DNA of 64,000 nt from Pristiophorus japonicus (Eukaryota), in the NCBI RefSeq assembly GCF_044704955.1, contig NC_091999.1, forward strand, positions 23,436,001 to 23,500,000, written 5' to 3'. Within the stretch, counting starts at the first letter, position 1; each line of letters opens with the position of its first letter. Below the pieces are notes generated by a model. That model did no database searches, was not told the DNA's origin, and was given only the letters and a program-made list of their open reading frames with translations. This document shows positions 1 to 12,556 of the stretch, piece after piece. A program made the position numbers and the translations under genes.

Positions 1-2172
1 AACCCCGGCAGGAAGTAATCAAAATAGTTAAGGAGTCCCAGGTACGACCGAAGCTGAAGGACCTCCTCCAAGTTTTGTAGGTGCTCGATGGTGTCCCGAC
101 CTGTGACCAATATGTCGTCATGAAAAACCACCGTGCGTGGTACTGACTTGAGTAGGCTCTCCGTGTTTCTCTGGAAGATCGCTGCAGCCGACCGAGTTCC
201 AAATGGGTATCTGTAGTAGATGAACAATCCTTTTGCGTGTTGATGCAGGTGAGGCCATTCGAAGACTCCTCCAGCTCTTGCGTCATGTAGGCCGAAGTCA
301 GGTCGAGCTTGGCCAACATCTTGCCTCCTGCCAGCGTCACAAATACGTCATCTGCCTTAGGTAGTGGGTATTTGTCCTGTAGAGAGAAACGATTAATAGT
401 TACTTTATAATCGCCACAAATCCAGACCGTGCCATCACTTTTGAGTACTGGAACAATCGGGCTGGCCCACTCGCTGAATTCTACTGGGGAGATGATGCCC
501 TCGCGTTGCAGCCTGTCCAGCTCGATTTCCATTCTGTCCCTCATCATGTGCAGTACCGCTCGCGCCTTGTGGTGAAAGGGTCGTGCCTCTGGGACCAAGT
601 GGCACCTTCGCCCGGAAATGTTTCCAATGCCTGGCTCAAAAAGGAAGGACATTTTTGAAGAACCTGTGATAGCGCTCGGAAGTCATCCCAGTTCCGACGG
701 ATTTTGCCCAGTCAGCTCCTTCCAAGCAGTGTGGGGTCATCCCCCGGGACAACCAGAGTGGCAGTTCATGCACCGTGCCCTCGTAGGTGACGTTGACCAT
801 GGCGCTGCCCATGACAGTGATAAGCTATTTGGTGCAAGTTATCTGTTTCGTGTGGATGGGGCTCAGGGATGGTCTGAGTGCCTTGTTGCACCACAGTCTC
901 AGAAACATCTTTTTACTCATGGTAGATTGGCTAGCGCCAGTGTCCAGTTCAATGGCTACGGGTAAGCAATTCTATTTTATATTTAGCATCATAGGTGGAC
1001 ATTTCATCAAAAATGTGTGAACCCAGTGTATTTCAGCATCTGCCTCCTCTCTCTGTGGCTCGAAATAGCTTTGATCCATCATGGACCGATCTTCCTCTGC
1101 CACGAGGTGATTAGCACGTTTTGCCGAGCTTGCAGCTCATCTGCAAGCTCGTTGGAGGAGCTCCATTGTTCCACAGCTCTTGCAACCATACCCTTTGAAG
1201 CGGCATAAATAGGCTGAATGGAAGCCTCCACAAAGCCGTCAAGGTGGAATTGCCTTGCAGTCATCCTTTGTTGCGGGCTCTGAGTCATCTGGGTCACCTG
1301 AGGCCTTCTGGCAGTTGCAGACTCGTGCGTTCTGCCCTGTACATTTCTGCTCGAAAACACAGTTCCAGTTAATTTATGAACATTGCTAGCACTTGTGTAC
1401 TGAGAGATTTGTTTGCTGTTTTCACTGGTGGACATAAACGCCTGTGCTATCGCAGTGGCCTTAATGAGGGTAGGTGTCTCTACAGTCAAAATTTTCATAG
1501 GATGGTCTCGTGTCCAATACCCAGTGCAAAAAATCTGAGCATTTGCTCCAGGTAGCCATTAAACTTACATTGTCCTGCAAGTTACCTTAGCTCAGCCACG
1601 CAGCTCGCCAATTCCTGACCTTCAGATCGCTGGCACATGCAGAACCGATAGCTCGCCATCAACACGCTCTCCCTCAGGTTAAGATGCTCCCAAACCAGTG
1701 TACAGTGCTCCTCATATGACATATCTGTGGGTTTCACCAGAGCCAGAAGAAACTTCATGAGGCTGTAGGTCGGTGCCCCGCACACCATGAGGAGCACCGC
1801 TCTCCTTTTTCCAGTGCTTCCTTCTCCATCCAGCTCGTTGGCTACAAAGTACTGGTCTAGCCGTGCGACATCCACTTCCCAGTCCTCACCATCCGAGAAA
1901 TTCTCCAGGATGCCCACAGTTTGGTGCATCTTTGCGTTGGATTCGTATACTCGTCGCCAGTTATTGTGTTCCAAACACAGATGAGACTGCACACAGGGAG
2001 GTTAAATTAACAGTGACCTCAGTCTTTATTAAGACACTCCAGAATGATTAACAGGCCTTAAAGGCCGGCTTATATACAGTGCTCTCAAGGGATGCTGGGA
2101 TCCCTTGGGACTTCAGGGGATGCGCTGCGAGGTGTCGGAACATGGGAATGCATGCTATACAGATACACAACA
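1..2172 (-). mobile_element. Degenerate Ty3/Gypsy LTR retrotransposon (5' LTR, PBS, gag, protease, RT); continues beyond the left edge of the window
   Basis: Gag-like ORF 1582-1992 (EDWEVDVARLDQYFVANEL...RRAVLLMVCGAPTYSL) and ORF 1079-1498. RT core on - near 60-130 reads VVFHDDILVTGRDTIEHLQNLEEVL. PBS TGGCGACGAG at 1950-1959 (-). Frameshifted. Confidence 0.9.
1965..2172 (-). repeat. 5' LTR of the Gypsy element (~208 bp)
   Basis: On - it begins TGTTG and ends AACACA a few nt before the PBS; it contains TATATAA (~2070-2076) followed by AATAAA (2025-2030). Confidence 0.8.
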
Positions 2173-2903
2173 TGCAGGTCATCCAAGAACTAATTGAATG
2201 GAGGAACAGGCTTGATGGACTGAAATTCATATTTCCTTCTGACACTCTTTAACAAGGCATGATAAAGGCTCACTAATGATAGAAATGAAAAAACTACTTC
2301 ACACCAACATTACAAATGATTCCCAAACACAAAAGACCCCTTGGAATGCCATTCTCCCGACCTTTCTCCTTGGATGGGGGCTGCAAGTGCTGCTTGTACA
2401 TTTTCATCGCCCCAAAAATCACAAGACACCAGGATATTAACTGTATTTCGTTTCGATTCTAAAATCCTGAGTTGGATTTGTTATTCGTTTTGAGCCAGTG
2501 TACGTTTCGTGTTGAGCTCTTGAACCTGGGGCAGAGTCATTTTTAGAACGGTGATAACGTTTGGGCACAAGGATCTTTAGTCGGGCGTAATGGAACAAGG
2601 GTTTTCGGGAGGAGCGCTATTCAGTTCGTAACACTATTGTGCATGAATGTATTTAATGTTTTACGCCGGGTATTTTCTTCACAGCACATTACAGGTGGCT
2701 CTGGATGTAAACACACAGAAAATTTGAAAGATTCTCCCGGGCACGTTGCCAATCTGTTGTCCTTCCAATAACGATTTGTTTAAGCGACAGCGAGTGCTTG
2801 ATATCTCAAAGGTGATTTATTCTTCTTGGGGGAATGAAGGCTGCATGCTGTTACCCTGATTGTGAAGATGAAGCTTGGCTTGATTTATATTTCTGCTTCA
2901 CAG

Positions 2904-3193
2904 AATATATCCAATGCAGAAATCACTCTTCTGCAACCGTCAGTAGAACAGGTCTTACTTGAGACATTATCCTGTGTCGTGTCTAATGGTCCTTATGGAA
3001 TCAAAGTATCCAGGACTCGAGAAAAGGAAACTTGGAAATCAAAGATTGCCGTCGAAGTTGGCGAAGCTCCCAACAGTGTGATCAGCAACATAAACATCTC
3101 GAAACAAACCTGGCTAAGCGGTGTTGAGTTCTGCTCCGTGATGAGGCACCATTATTATAGCGACTATAAGAGATTCCATCCACAAGGAAAAGG
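2904..3193 (+). pseudogene. IGHM: IgM heavy chain CH3 exon, defective
   Basis: Follows polypyrimidine-CAG (2901-2903). Translates ..[53 protein letters not shown].., matching shark IgM CH3 ([43 protein letters not shown]). Conserved Trp is Arg, the YC motif is altered, there is a frameshift before RDSIHKEK, and the donor reads ATGAGC instead of GTGAGC. Confidence 0.88.
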
Positions 3194-3678
3194 ATGAGCG
3201 GAGAAATTGTAGCAACAAGTGAGACGCTCTGACTATTTCCGTGCATGTGCTAATTGGCTCTATTAAGTGTGTTAATGGATTGCTCTGATAATTGAAATGG
3301 TAATTCCACTAAATAATCCGACTGGACCCGAAATTATGCACTTAAGTGGAATCTGGATAAGTCCATGAGGGAAAAAGGGAAATATATTTTATTTGTGTTG
3401 GATAAAATTAGCTGGACGAGGCTCGTTTGGAGCATAAACAACGATAATGACCAGTTGGGAAGAAAATGCTATGTTATTTTCCAGTCCGACTCCTAAAGGA
3501 CCCAGAGAGAAGGATTGCATCCCCCTCTGCTCCGTGCTGCAAAGCCAGACAGGCCACAGAGGGGAAAAAGGGAATCCTTTAAAAATCAGCGCAAAGCACA
3601 TTTCTCTCACATCTAACCACCGGTTCCTTTGTCTCTGGAATTATCCAGTTTATTGACTTTTAAATAATTGTTCTGCAG

Positions 3679-4070
3679 CTAAAGATCCGCGGGAACCGGC
3701 CGTGTCTGTCCTCCTGCCCTCGGCAGAAGAAGTCTCCGTTCAAACTTTCTTTACCTTCAACTGCTTAATGAAAGGTTTATCCCCCCAAGAGATCTTCGTC
3801 AAATGGACCATCAATGACAAGCCGATAGATTCCGGCAACTACAAGAACACCGAGGTGATGGCGGAGAACGGCAGCAGCTCCTTCTTCATCTACAGCCTGC
3901 TATCCATTGCAGCCGAGGAGTGGGCCAGCGGCGCCTCTTACTCCTGTGTGATGAGACATGAAGCGATCCCCTTCAAGATCAACAACAAAACCGTTAATAA
4001 GTCCAGTGGTAAACTGACTTTTGTGAACATTTCATTAAAGCTGGTAGATACGGTGAATTCTTGTCAATGA
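3679..4070 (+). pseudogene. IGHM: IgM heavy chain CH4 exon plus secretory tailpiece (frame open, but part of a defective cluster)
   Basis: Acceptor TTCTGCAG ends at 3678. Phase-1 exon [56 protein letters not shown] followed by tail [19 protein letters not shown] with N-I-S glycan site and penultimate Cys. Cryptic TM donor G|GTAAAC at 4008/4009. Confidence 0.93.
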
Positions 4071-4098
4071 GAATTTCTCGATTGCATTTAAATTCTTA

Positions 4099-4104
4099 AA
4101 TAAA
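4099..4104 (+). terminator. Secretory-form polyadenylation signal AATAAA
   Basis: AATAAA about 30 nt after the secretory-tail stop codon. Confidence 0.65.
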
Positions 4105-4519
4105 ATACTGTAAAGGCCTTTTCTTCCAATTGCGAGTTAAATACATAGCCACTCAATTAATATTGTTTTTCTACCCATTTTTCCGAATGCGGGAGGCTGC
4201 TAAACTGAAGCAGGCTATTTACAGGAGTCGGGTCCAAGGCTTGTACAGCCAAAGTTCCCAGCTCAGATAAACCACTGGTTGGAGACAGGGTGAAGCTCTT
4301 TCGTGACAGGTTTCCTCAATGTAACTTCAGCAAATTTCCTCCCACTGGAGGAATCTTTAACGTTCCCATTTCCGACAAACAAATGCAGCCATTTAGATAT
4401 TGGCGTCCCTGTTTCTCATGTTGTCCATCCCTTCAGAATTGAGGCCAGTTTTATTTTGAAGCTTCGCATCTTCTGGAAACTGAAAAGAGGGCCAGACACG
4501 TACATGAACTGCACCTCCC

Positions 4520-4880
4520 ATTATCACACCAGAAAGAGAGGACAGGGAATGGTTAACCCACTGTCCCTTCAACTCGCCAGCAGAGAGAGGGGAAAGGATA
4601 ATGGTTAACACCCTGTACCTCACACTCAACCACCAGAGATAGGGGAAGGACAATCGTTAACCCAATGTACCTCACACTCAACCACCAGAGAGAGGGGAAA
4701 CGACAAGTGTTAATCCAATGTACCTCACACTCAACCACCAGAGGGAGGGGAAAGGACAATTGTTAACCCAATGTACCTCAAACTCAACCACCAGAGAGAT
4801 GGGAAAGGACAATTGTTAACCTAAAGTACCTCACACGCCCACCATCCGCCCCCCGTCCCTACCGCAGAGAGGGGAAGTCA
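4520..4880. repeat. ~53-bp minisatellite, ~6 copies
   Basis: Unit ~GGACAATGGTTAACCCAATGTACCTCACACTCAACCACCAGAGAGAGGGGAAA recurs at ~52-53 nt spacing (4621, 4673, 4726, 4779). Confidence 0.85.
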
Positions 4881-5439
4881 ACCGATCTCTATTCTGTGAA
4901 CTCAGTAGCAACCAGTAAAATGATAGATTTCAACTCGCTGTCAGAAAACGTTAAACTTGCCGAATATGCATCATATTGTATAATAAATTTTGTTCAACAT
5001 TTTAGCTTTAACTAGTATTTGGCTAAATCTATATCAGTTATTCGTAAACTAACTGATTGAATTTTAATAGTCAAAATGTAAACTAGTTATTCAATCCTCT
5101 GCAGGTTTTTCATGGTTATCTCCAAGATAGGTCCGAGGCCCATCGTTGAATTGTTGAAATCCATCAACTGACATCGCATTGCGTCTCACACGGAAACACT
5201 TTTACATAGAGCTGGCGAGAATGCCTGTAAACGTGCGTGTGTGTCTTTATGTGAACGTGTGTTCGTTGTTGTGTGTAAATTTGCGTGGTTTTGTGTAAGT
5301 GCACACTTCCATACAAACACACTCAGACTTACAAATAAACAAACAATCTTCATACTAACACAGAATAATATAGGTATCCAGAATATAATGCACACTGTTA
5401 TTGTCACACTCGGTTACTGGTACTCTCTGAAACTTTGAG

Positions 5440-5900
5440 TAAACATACACAGTCTTACACAAAGTACACAAACACACGCATTAACACACAGATTTACACA
5501 CGCATAACCACACATATCAACACAAACACACATACACAAATCACACACACAGATACACACGCAGTTACACTCAAACTCACACAGTTACACATAAAAACAC
5601 AAACATAGACCTCAACATACAAAAACGCTTACATATACACATAAGGTACATGCACATTGCTACACATAACACGCACACTTATATATGTAAATACACATAT
5701 ACAAAAACACACAAAGACTTACATATAAACATACACACACTTACATAAACACTCGCACAATTATATATAACACACACAGTTACATATTAACATAAACATT
5801 AAAACACAAACACAGGGAAAACGAAAACAAGAGATCATGATCCACACATATGCAAACAGTAAAGCGCACAAAACACATCAGGATATAAACATATGTGGAA
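5440..5900. repeat. Degenerate CA-rich low-complexity tract
   Basis: Imperfect (CA)n / ACACAT runs. Confidence 0.8.
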
Positions 5901-6473
5901 TTCAATGCACTTTTTATATAGGCACAGCATGGAACGATTGCACTGAATAAAAAATTCCTGAAAACATAATTCTCACTTTCTCAATTCCTACACTGAATCC
6001 ATGTTCTTGTTGGAAACTGATACAAGTTAATTATGTTCAGAACACAGCCATAACAAGTAAATAAACAATATTATAACTCACAACTGATCACTTACCTTGT
6101 CTCCTTGACAGTCTCCAAATAAGTAGCAATCTAAACCTATCGTTAAATTATCGATATCAATCAGTAAACCTCCCTCGATCTTACATTATACTATTCCCGA
6201 ATGGTAGAATGTAGAAAATTGATGCAAGATCAATTGAAGGCAACATTCATATTTTCCAACAAGGACTATATGAGGATCACAAAGGAAGAATGACTGTGGA
6301 GGTAGGAACAGAGATAGATGGCCGAGAGTGATTAACATAACACAAGGTATATATTGACAATTAAATTAGAGAACAAAATAATAATTCATGGAAAAGAAAA
6401 GAGAATATATGATCACATGATATCTTGGTTTCATAAGCGATCTCGATATATTTCTATCTCTTCATCCCCGTAG

Positions 6474-6601
6474 ATTCCTCAGACCACATCTCGAGTGAAG
6501 ACTATGAGGATGAGTGCGACAACATCTGGACAACCGCTTCCTAATTCATCATCCTGTTCTTCCTGAGAATTTCCTACAGCGCTGCCGTCACTCTGATGAA
6601 A
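6474..6601 (+). pseudogene. IGHM: IgM membrane exon TM1, defective
   Basis: Acceptor CCCCGTAG ends at 6473. Translates DSSDHISSEDYEDECDNIWTTAS*FIILFFLRISYSAAVTLMK, matching the shark IgM TM/CART motif (IWTTASTFIILFFLSIFYSAAVTLVK). In-frame TAA at 6542-6544; donor reads GCGAGA rather than GTGAGA. Confidence 0.9.
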
Positions 6602-6739
6602 GCGAGAAGATTCAATCAATTCACATCGATCTGTTTGAAGCGGTTTGACAAATCTCTGGATGTTTCATTGATAAAAACCTTGCGATAAATGCCCCATACC
6701 ACTAGATCTTCACTTCACTCTTTAATACCTCTTTTACAG

Positions 6740-6748
6740 GTCAACTGA
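6740..6748 (+). pseudogene. IGHM: IgM membrane exon TM2 (V-N-stop)
   Basis: CTTTTACAG acceptor followed by GTC AAC TGA, ~140 nt after TM1, as expected for the two-codon TM2 exon (K|VK*). Confidence 0.7.
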
Positions 6749-7469
6749 ACGGTTGAATTTCGGATGCCGTGGATTTTCCTCTCTGTTTATTAACAACTCT
6801 GTGTCCTGAAAATAAATATGTCCATCGTCATTCTCAGAGTAAAATGCTTCAATTAATAGTTCCGAATCTGTAGCTGAGAATATCATAACCGGGATTTCCA
6901 TCTTTCTGTTTGAAATGTGTGAGATAATCGTGGCCATAATGTAAATATATCTCAGAGTTTCACCGTTGTTTGAATATTTCTTGGGGAAATAAGTCACTTT
7001 TCTAGTTCCTAATTCTCAATTATTCCCTTCCTTTTATGTTGATCCCTTATTTTCTCTCCCAGATGCCTGTTACATTTGTACAGATAGCCGGCCAGCTCAG
7101 ACCACCGGTGTTGTGGTCTCAATGTGCTGTTATATTCACTTTGTGCTACATTTTTGAAAAACTTCTCTACAAATTGTTCTTTGCGAAATTGTTAATAAAT
7201 CTGGAATGGCGATTGGACTAAGTTGGAAATGTTGTTGAATTCCTTTCTAGGAGGCTCATCCGCACCGTTGCATATCCCATTACACTTTGTTTTATTTCCC
7301 TGACTGATATTTTTTACAGATCCTGTTTTGGTTTTGTTTCAATCCAAGTCCCTTCGGTTAAGGAGCCACTGTGCCACCCAGTGTCCCATCAGAATAAAGA
7401 CACCTTTATCTCTGCCTTTGTAAGTCAAGTCCCAGAGTGCAATTGACAGCACAGCGACAACGCAGTCCC

Positions 7470-8810
7470 TCTAACATTATGGTCTGTCACAGTAAATGTC
7501 AGGTTCTATTAAAGAGCAAGGGGAGAGGAAGAAGAATGGAAGAGCTGTAGTGGTTGGGGCTTCAATAGTCAGGGAAGCAGACAGTCGGTTCTGCGGCCGC
7601 AGCTGTGACTCCAGGATGATATGTTGCCTCACTGGTGCTAGGGTCAAGGATGTCACCGAACGGTTGCAGGGCTTTCTGGGTGGAGGAGGATGAACAGCCA
7701 GAGGTCCTGATCCGTATCGGGACAAACGTCATGGGTAGTAAGAGGGATGAGGTTCTGCAGGCAGAATTTAGGGAGCTAGGAGACAGATTAAAAAGCAAGA
7801 CCTCAAAACTAGTAATCTCCAGATTAATCCAGTTGGCAAGAGCTAGTGAGTACGGAAATAGGAGAATAGAGCAGGTAGATGTGTGACTGATTGAATAGTA
7901 CAAGAGGGAGGACTTTCGAATCCTGAAGCATTGGAACCGCTTCTGGTGGAGGTGTGACCTGTACAAGCCAGAACGGGTTTCACCTCAACAGAGCCGGACC
8001 AATATCCACGCGGGTTGGTCGGGTGGGGTTGCGGGGGTTGAGAGGGGTTGCTCGTGCTGTTGCGGATGGTTTAGATTATCTTGGCTTGGGAATAGGAACA
8101 GGAGAATAGATTCTCTTTGAAGGGGAATTAATAATGGAGCGCAGGGAAATGGCAGAGACGTTGAACAAATATTTTGTACCGGTATTCACGGTAGAAAACA
8201 CCAAAAACATCCCAATAGTGGATAATCAAGGGGCTATAGGTAGCGAGGAACTTAATCCAATCACTATCATTAATGAAGTAGTATTAGGTAAAATAATGGG
8301 TCTAAAGTTGGACAAGTCTCCTGGACCTGATGCATTATATCTTAGGATCTTTAGAGAAGTGGCTGCAGAGATAGTAGATGCATTTGTTGTAATCTACCAA
8401 AATTCCCTGGATTCTGGGGTGGTCCCATCAGATTGGAAAACCACAAATGTAATGCGACTATTTCAAAAATCAGGCAGCTACAAATCAGGAAACTAGACCA
8501 GTTAGCCAAATATCTGTCATTGTGAAAATGCTGGAGTCCATTATTAAGGAAGCAGTAGCGGGACATTTGGAAAGCAGATCCAATCAAGAAGAGTCTGCAT
8601 TGTTTTATGAAGGGGAAATCACGTTTGAAAAATTTGCTGGAGTGGGTAACGAGCAGGGTGGATAAAGGGTAATCATTAGATGTGTTGTATTTGGATTTCC
8701 AGAAGGCATTCGATAATGTACCACATAAGTGGTTACTGCACAAGTCAAAAGCTCACCTGGTTGTGTAATATATTACCATTGATTGAAGATTGACTAACTA
8801 ACAGAGCAAA
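7470..8810 (+). mobile_element. Degenerate CR1 LINE fragment (ORF1 SGNH-esterase part plus ORF2 RT part)
   Basis: VVVGASIVREADSRFCGRSCDSRMICCLTGARVKDV; MAETLNKYF..DKSPGPD..DWKTTNV; [10 protein letters not shown] motif near 8680-8715. Confidence 0.9.
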
Positions 8811-10280
8811 CCATACAATAGCCAAGAGATCAGGAGAAATGAAATGTGGAAGGAACATAGTTATGATTATACATTCTGGGGAGGTTTTCTTGGCAAGATA
8901 TGCAGTTACTGTTGAAGAAGCTGGTAATGAGCAAGGGAATTGCAGCTGCAAAAATCCCCAACCACCTTTAAAGCTGGAGTAGCAGGAAGAGCTGCATCTG
9001 AGTTTCCTGTGGGCGGCTGGGCATGTGAGCCGCTCTTACGCCCGGATGAAACGTGCTGCAATAAGCACTGAGACACCGCCTACTTTTCAAATGCATCTGT
9101 TTGACGGACATTCCACCATTTGTTTCTGACAAACAGTTGGCCATATATGTTTGATGTGCTGTCGGCCGTGTTAGTATGACGTAGCCATGTTTCTGTGACG
9201 TCTCATTCCATGAACTAATGTTTCTTTACAACCATTTAAATAAAACATGACTTAAATTCCCACAAAGGAAACAATTTTACTTTTTCAATAAAAACTAGCA
9301 AATAGGCGACAGAAATAAAGATACAGGCAGCCACGATTAAAGTGTTTGACAGGTTTGAGCCACAATGCCCTTCACACTACCCAGATGCTTTGTCGTTTGG
9401 CGAGTAGCACATGTGCGAACAGTCCTCCCATAGAGCACCGCGGCCCGGGGACCACATTGAGCCTTTTTTGGCCGCTTTGCATTGTGAAAGCTCTGTTATT
9501 CACGACTCCTTAAATCATTGAAAGGATGTGAGCTAAAGGAACCAGTGAATGCCAATTTATTCAAGCCCCCATAAGGCAATCAGAGCTCTCCGTATGAGCT
9601 AATAGCACTTGGCCAGATGTATTTCAGGTTAATCAAAGCATGGAAGTTATATTATTGAGTCAGAGACCGGAAAGTAAGAAGAGCAAATTGTACAAAAATC
9701 TTTATTTTCCCCAGAGTCCCAGAAACATACAACTATTTTCTCTTTCATGTCCTCCCTCATTCGGTTGAGTGATTGCAAGACCACTGTTTTCAAGTTTGGA
9801 AAGTTACAGCTGTCTTTAGGTGAAATTTAAAGAAAGTAATGGGCCGGAGCCTTCCACGAGCAGAACAACACGATAAATATCCAGCTTTAAAGGAATACAC
9901 GGGATGAAATCACCCACAGAGGCAGAATATAGGAACTAGAACCTTTCCTATTAACTAAGCGACAAGCTGACCTTGGAGCTCCTGGAGCTGATCTGAACAT
10001 CCATCCATCAAGTCAAGGGAAAACAGCTGATCAGAAGCAGAAAGGACAGTTTAGAAGTCAGTTCATTCGATGGTGGTCGATTCACAGGTCGATTTTCGGA
10101 CCGATTGAATAATGCAACTTGTTTTCTCGGCCGCTCCTGGAATCATTTGGCTGACAATTGGATCCGAGGTTAATTTGGTATATTCTCTGTGTGTCTGAGC
10201 GCCTGACAGCGCGCTGCACACTGTGGCTGCATCTGCCCGCGATTCCAACAGGCAGGAGCTCCGCCGAACTGGCCAATGGC

Positions 10281-10319
10281 AGTTTTTGTACGCTGGTGAT
10301 GTTGCTTTCCATCTCTGCA
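10281..10319 (-). promoter_or_regulatory. 23-spacer recombination signal sequence of V-a (heptamer mutated)
   Basis: On -: TGCAGAG + 23 nt (ATGGAAAGCAACATCACCAGCGT) + ACAAAAACT. Confidence 0.8.
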
Positions 10320-10625
10320 TGTCTCATGGCGCTGTAATACACGCCAGCGTCAGTAGGGTGCAGCCCGGAGATGTTTAAGCTGATGAATTTATTCGTGGTC
10401 TGGAGCTCTGCAGAGAAACGGGTTTGTGCAAAATCTGCATTATTCTCACCACCGTTCGAATATTGCCTCAGTGTAAACGTGGGCTGTGTGTCTGGGTGTT
10501 ACCAGTAGCAGAATAAATAATACAAGCTCCATGCAGTTTCATAATATAGCTTAAAGTCACCATTTCACCCTGTGCCTTAACTCCTGAGGACAGCTGGTGA
10601 GTGACAGAGTCTCCTTTACTCAGAT
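10320..10625 (-). pseudogene. TCR alpha/delta-type V segment exon, pseudogene (V-a)
   Basis: On -, after CCCAG acceptor: DLSKGDSVTHQLSSGVKAQGEMVTLS(frameshift)YETAWSLYYLFCYW*HPDTQPTFTLRQYSNGGENNADFAQTRFSAELQTTNKFISLNISGLHPTDAGVYYSAMR. V-set framework of TCR alpha/delta type; both Cys and Trp41 are lost. Possible decayed leader at ~10738-10780. Confidence 0.85.
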
Positions 10626-11139
10626 CTGGGCAACTTGTTCAAACAGGAAAAGGTCAGACCTGGCTGTGATTACAATTCAGTTTCAACCCATATTAGAAAT
10701 GATAGAAAAGATTAAATAGGTTTTGTCCACAATTAACTTTCAGAAATGTTCCACGCAACCCCGCTGCTGAGTCATCGCATTGTCGCTGCTGCTTTGTAAA
10801 AGGGGTTTGTATATTTAAAGACACCCATTCTAATACCCACTCTCAATATTCGTGTGTCGTGTCTCAGGATGCTCTCGGTTGTGCTGTGAAACCGTAGGTG
10901 GTGAGCTGGCAGCAAGTGTACGGCAACACTCCGAGCTGGGCTACACTCAGTGTACTTATACGGGAATGGTTTGGTTTTAAACACCAGTGCTGGGAATGAA
11001 ACCTTTACCTGGTTATTGTGACTGAAATTTGCAGGATTGTTGATGGCTTTGTTTTATAGGGGGAGGGGCGCTTTTTAGCAATTTCCCGTTCGTCTATTTA
11101 ATGTTCACGGGAGCAGAATGCGGGGAAATTGTACAAAAG

Positions 11140-11475
11140 GGCAGGGTGATTGGAGGCTGGGTTCAAACGCAGAGGATGAATGTTGGGCGGCTATAAATCG
11201 CCAGGGTGTGGTGCAGGGCAGATTCACGGCCCCCGAAGTGAGGTGTTGGACGGCATCAAACCACCAGACTGAGGTGTTGGGCGTGTTCAGAGCGCTAGGG
11301 TAGGTGTAACGTGAACCAATAGCCCCAGGGTGAGATGTATGGCGTGTTTAGACCCCCAGGGTGAGATGTAGGGCGATTTCAGTGCCCTAAGGGTGAGGTG
11401 TGGAGCTGGTGCAGAGCACCAGTATGAGGTGTAGGGCGGGTTCAGACCCCTAAGGCGAGGTGTAGGCCGGGTTCT
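11140..11475. repeat. Degenerate ~32-bp tandem repeat
   Basis: Recurring GGTGAGGTGTAGGGCGGGTTCAGACCCC-like unit, ~9-10 copies. Confidence 0.7.
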
Positions 11476-12556
11476 TTTTAATAAAAGATCAACATCAGCA
11501 TGGCCGGAAAAAATGTCCTTACAACTTTCACTCATATTAGAAATGGATATGGCGCAGAAATCAAATAAAGTACAGGCGGATTCGATTTATTGTTCGCCCC
11601 GTTAATATCGATCTCTACCATTGGTATAATTAATGGCATCAGAAATCAGATCTCAGTGTGTGTCATTGATTCACATTTTAATGTTGTGTTTTCGATTCGC
11701 CACACTCTTCTAGTCACGTGTTCTGTCCACAGTTTACTAACCAAAGCCATCGTTCGATAAGACTGATGTCTTTTTTTGATGATTGTGCCCGATGTACCGA
11801 CCCAACCCATTTGCGGATTTCACACATTAATCTTCAATTCATTCCACAATTTGCACAACTTTTGGAATAAAGCAGAATTTAACACAATGCCCGGGATCTG
11901 ATCCACAATATGTATATTGTGACCTGACACCATCTACAGATATTCAGTGAATTGTTCAGATCTCGGGGGAAAGTGTGGGATATTCACTGACCTGATGCAG
12001 TTCCTCCTTATGGGAAGCTGGGTTAGAGCAGTCCTGAAATAATATGCCGAGCAGCAGCAAAGGTTTTACTAAAGACAGAGAGAAGGAAGTTCGTAGCATT
12101 ATGGATAAAGAGTGGAGACAGGGGAAGAGAAGGTACATACAGGCACGGAAGTAGCATCGAAAGACAAAGGGTGAATTGTGGCACCACAGACATGATTTCT
12201 GAAGTTAATTTTATTATAACTACGAGTTGAAATCACAAACTAATATTAATCCGCCGTTTTACTCTCGCTGCACAGAGATAAATCACGAAGGAATTATTTT
12301 CAAGTGGCAGGCGTTTGTGTTAATACTTTCCTCTTCAACCATCATTTCAGGAACTGCCTGTTCCACTGTGCCGTGGTGTCTCCATGGTAACATTAAATAA
12401 TAGTAATAGTCATCATATTCATCGTCACCATCATCTCAAACAAAATAACCATCATCGCCACCATTACACATTTAACCAATAATAACATCTGGGTTACAGC
12501 AGTGAAGGGGAGAATGGATTTTCACTGAGAAATAAATACTTATTAAGAAGTGATAT

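Noticed and set aside
10320-10625. V-a as a NAR-TCR supporting V-delta
   Set aside because: No CDR1 Cys is visible, no NAR V-D-J unit is seen upstream, and a decayed leader seems present. It cannot be fully excluded given the decay.
12313-12370. GTTTGTGT..CACTGTG as a J/D-type RSS
   Set aside because: Spacing is far longer than 23 nt and no FGxG/WGxG coding segment follows.
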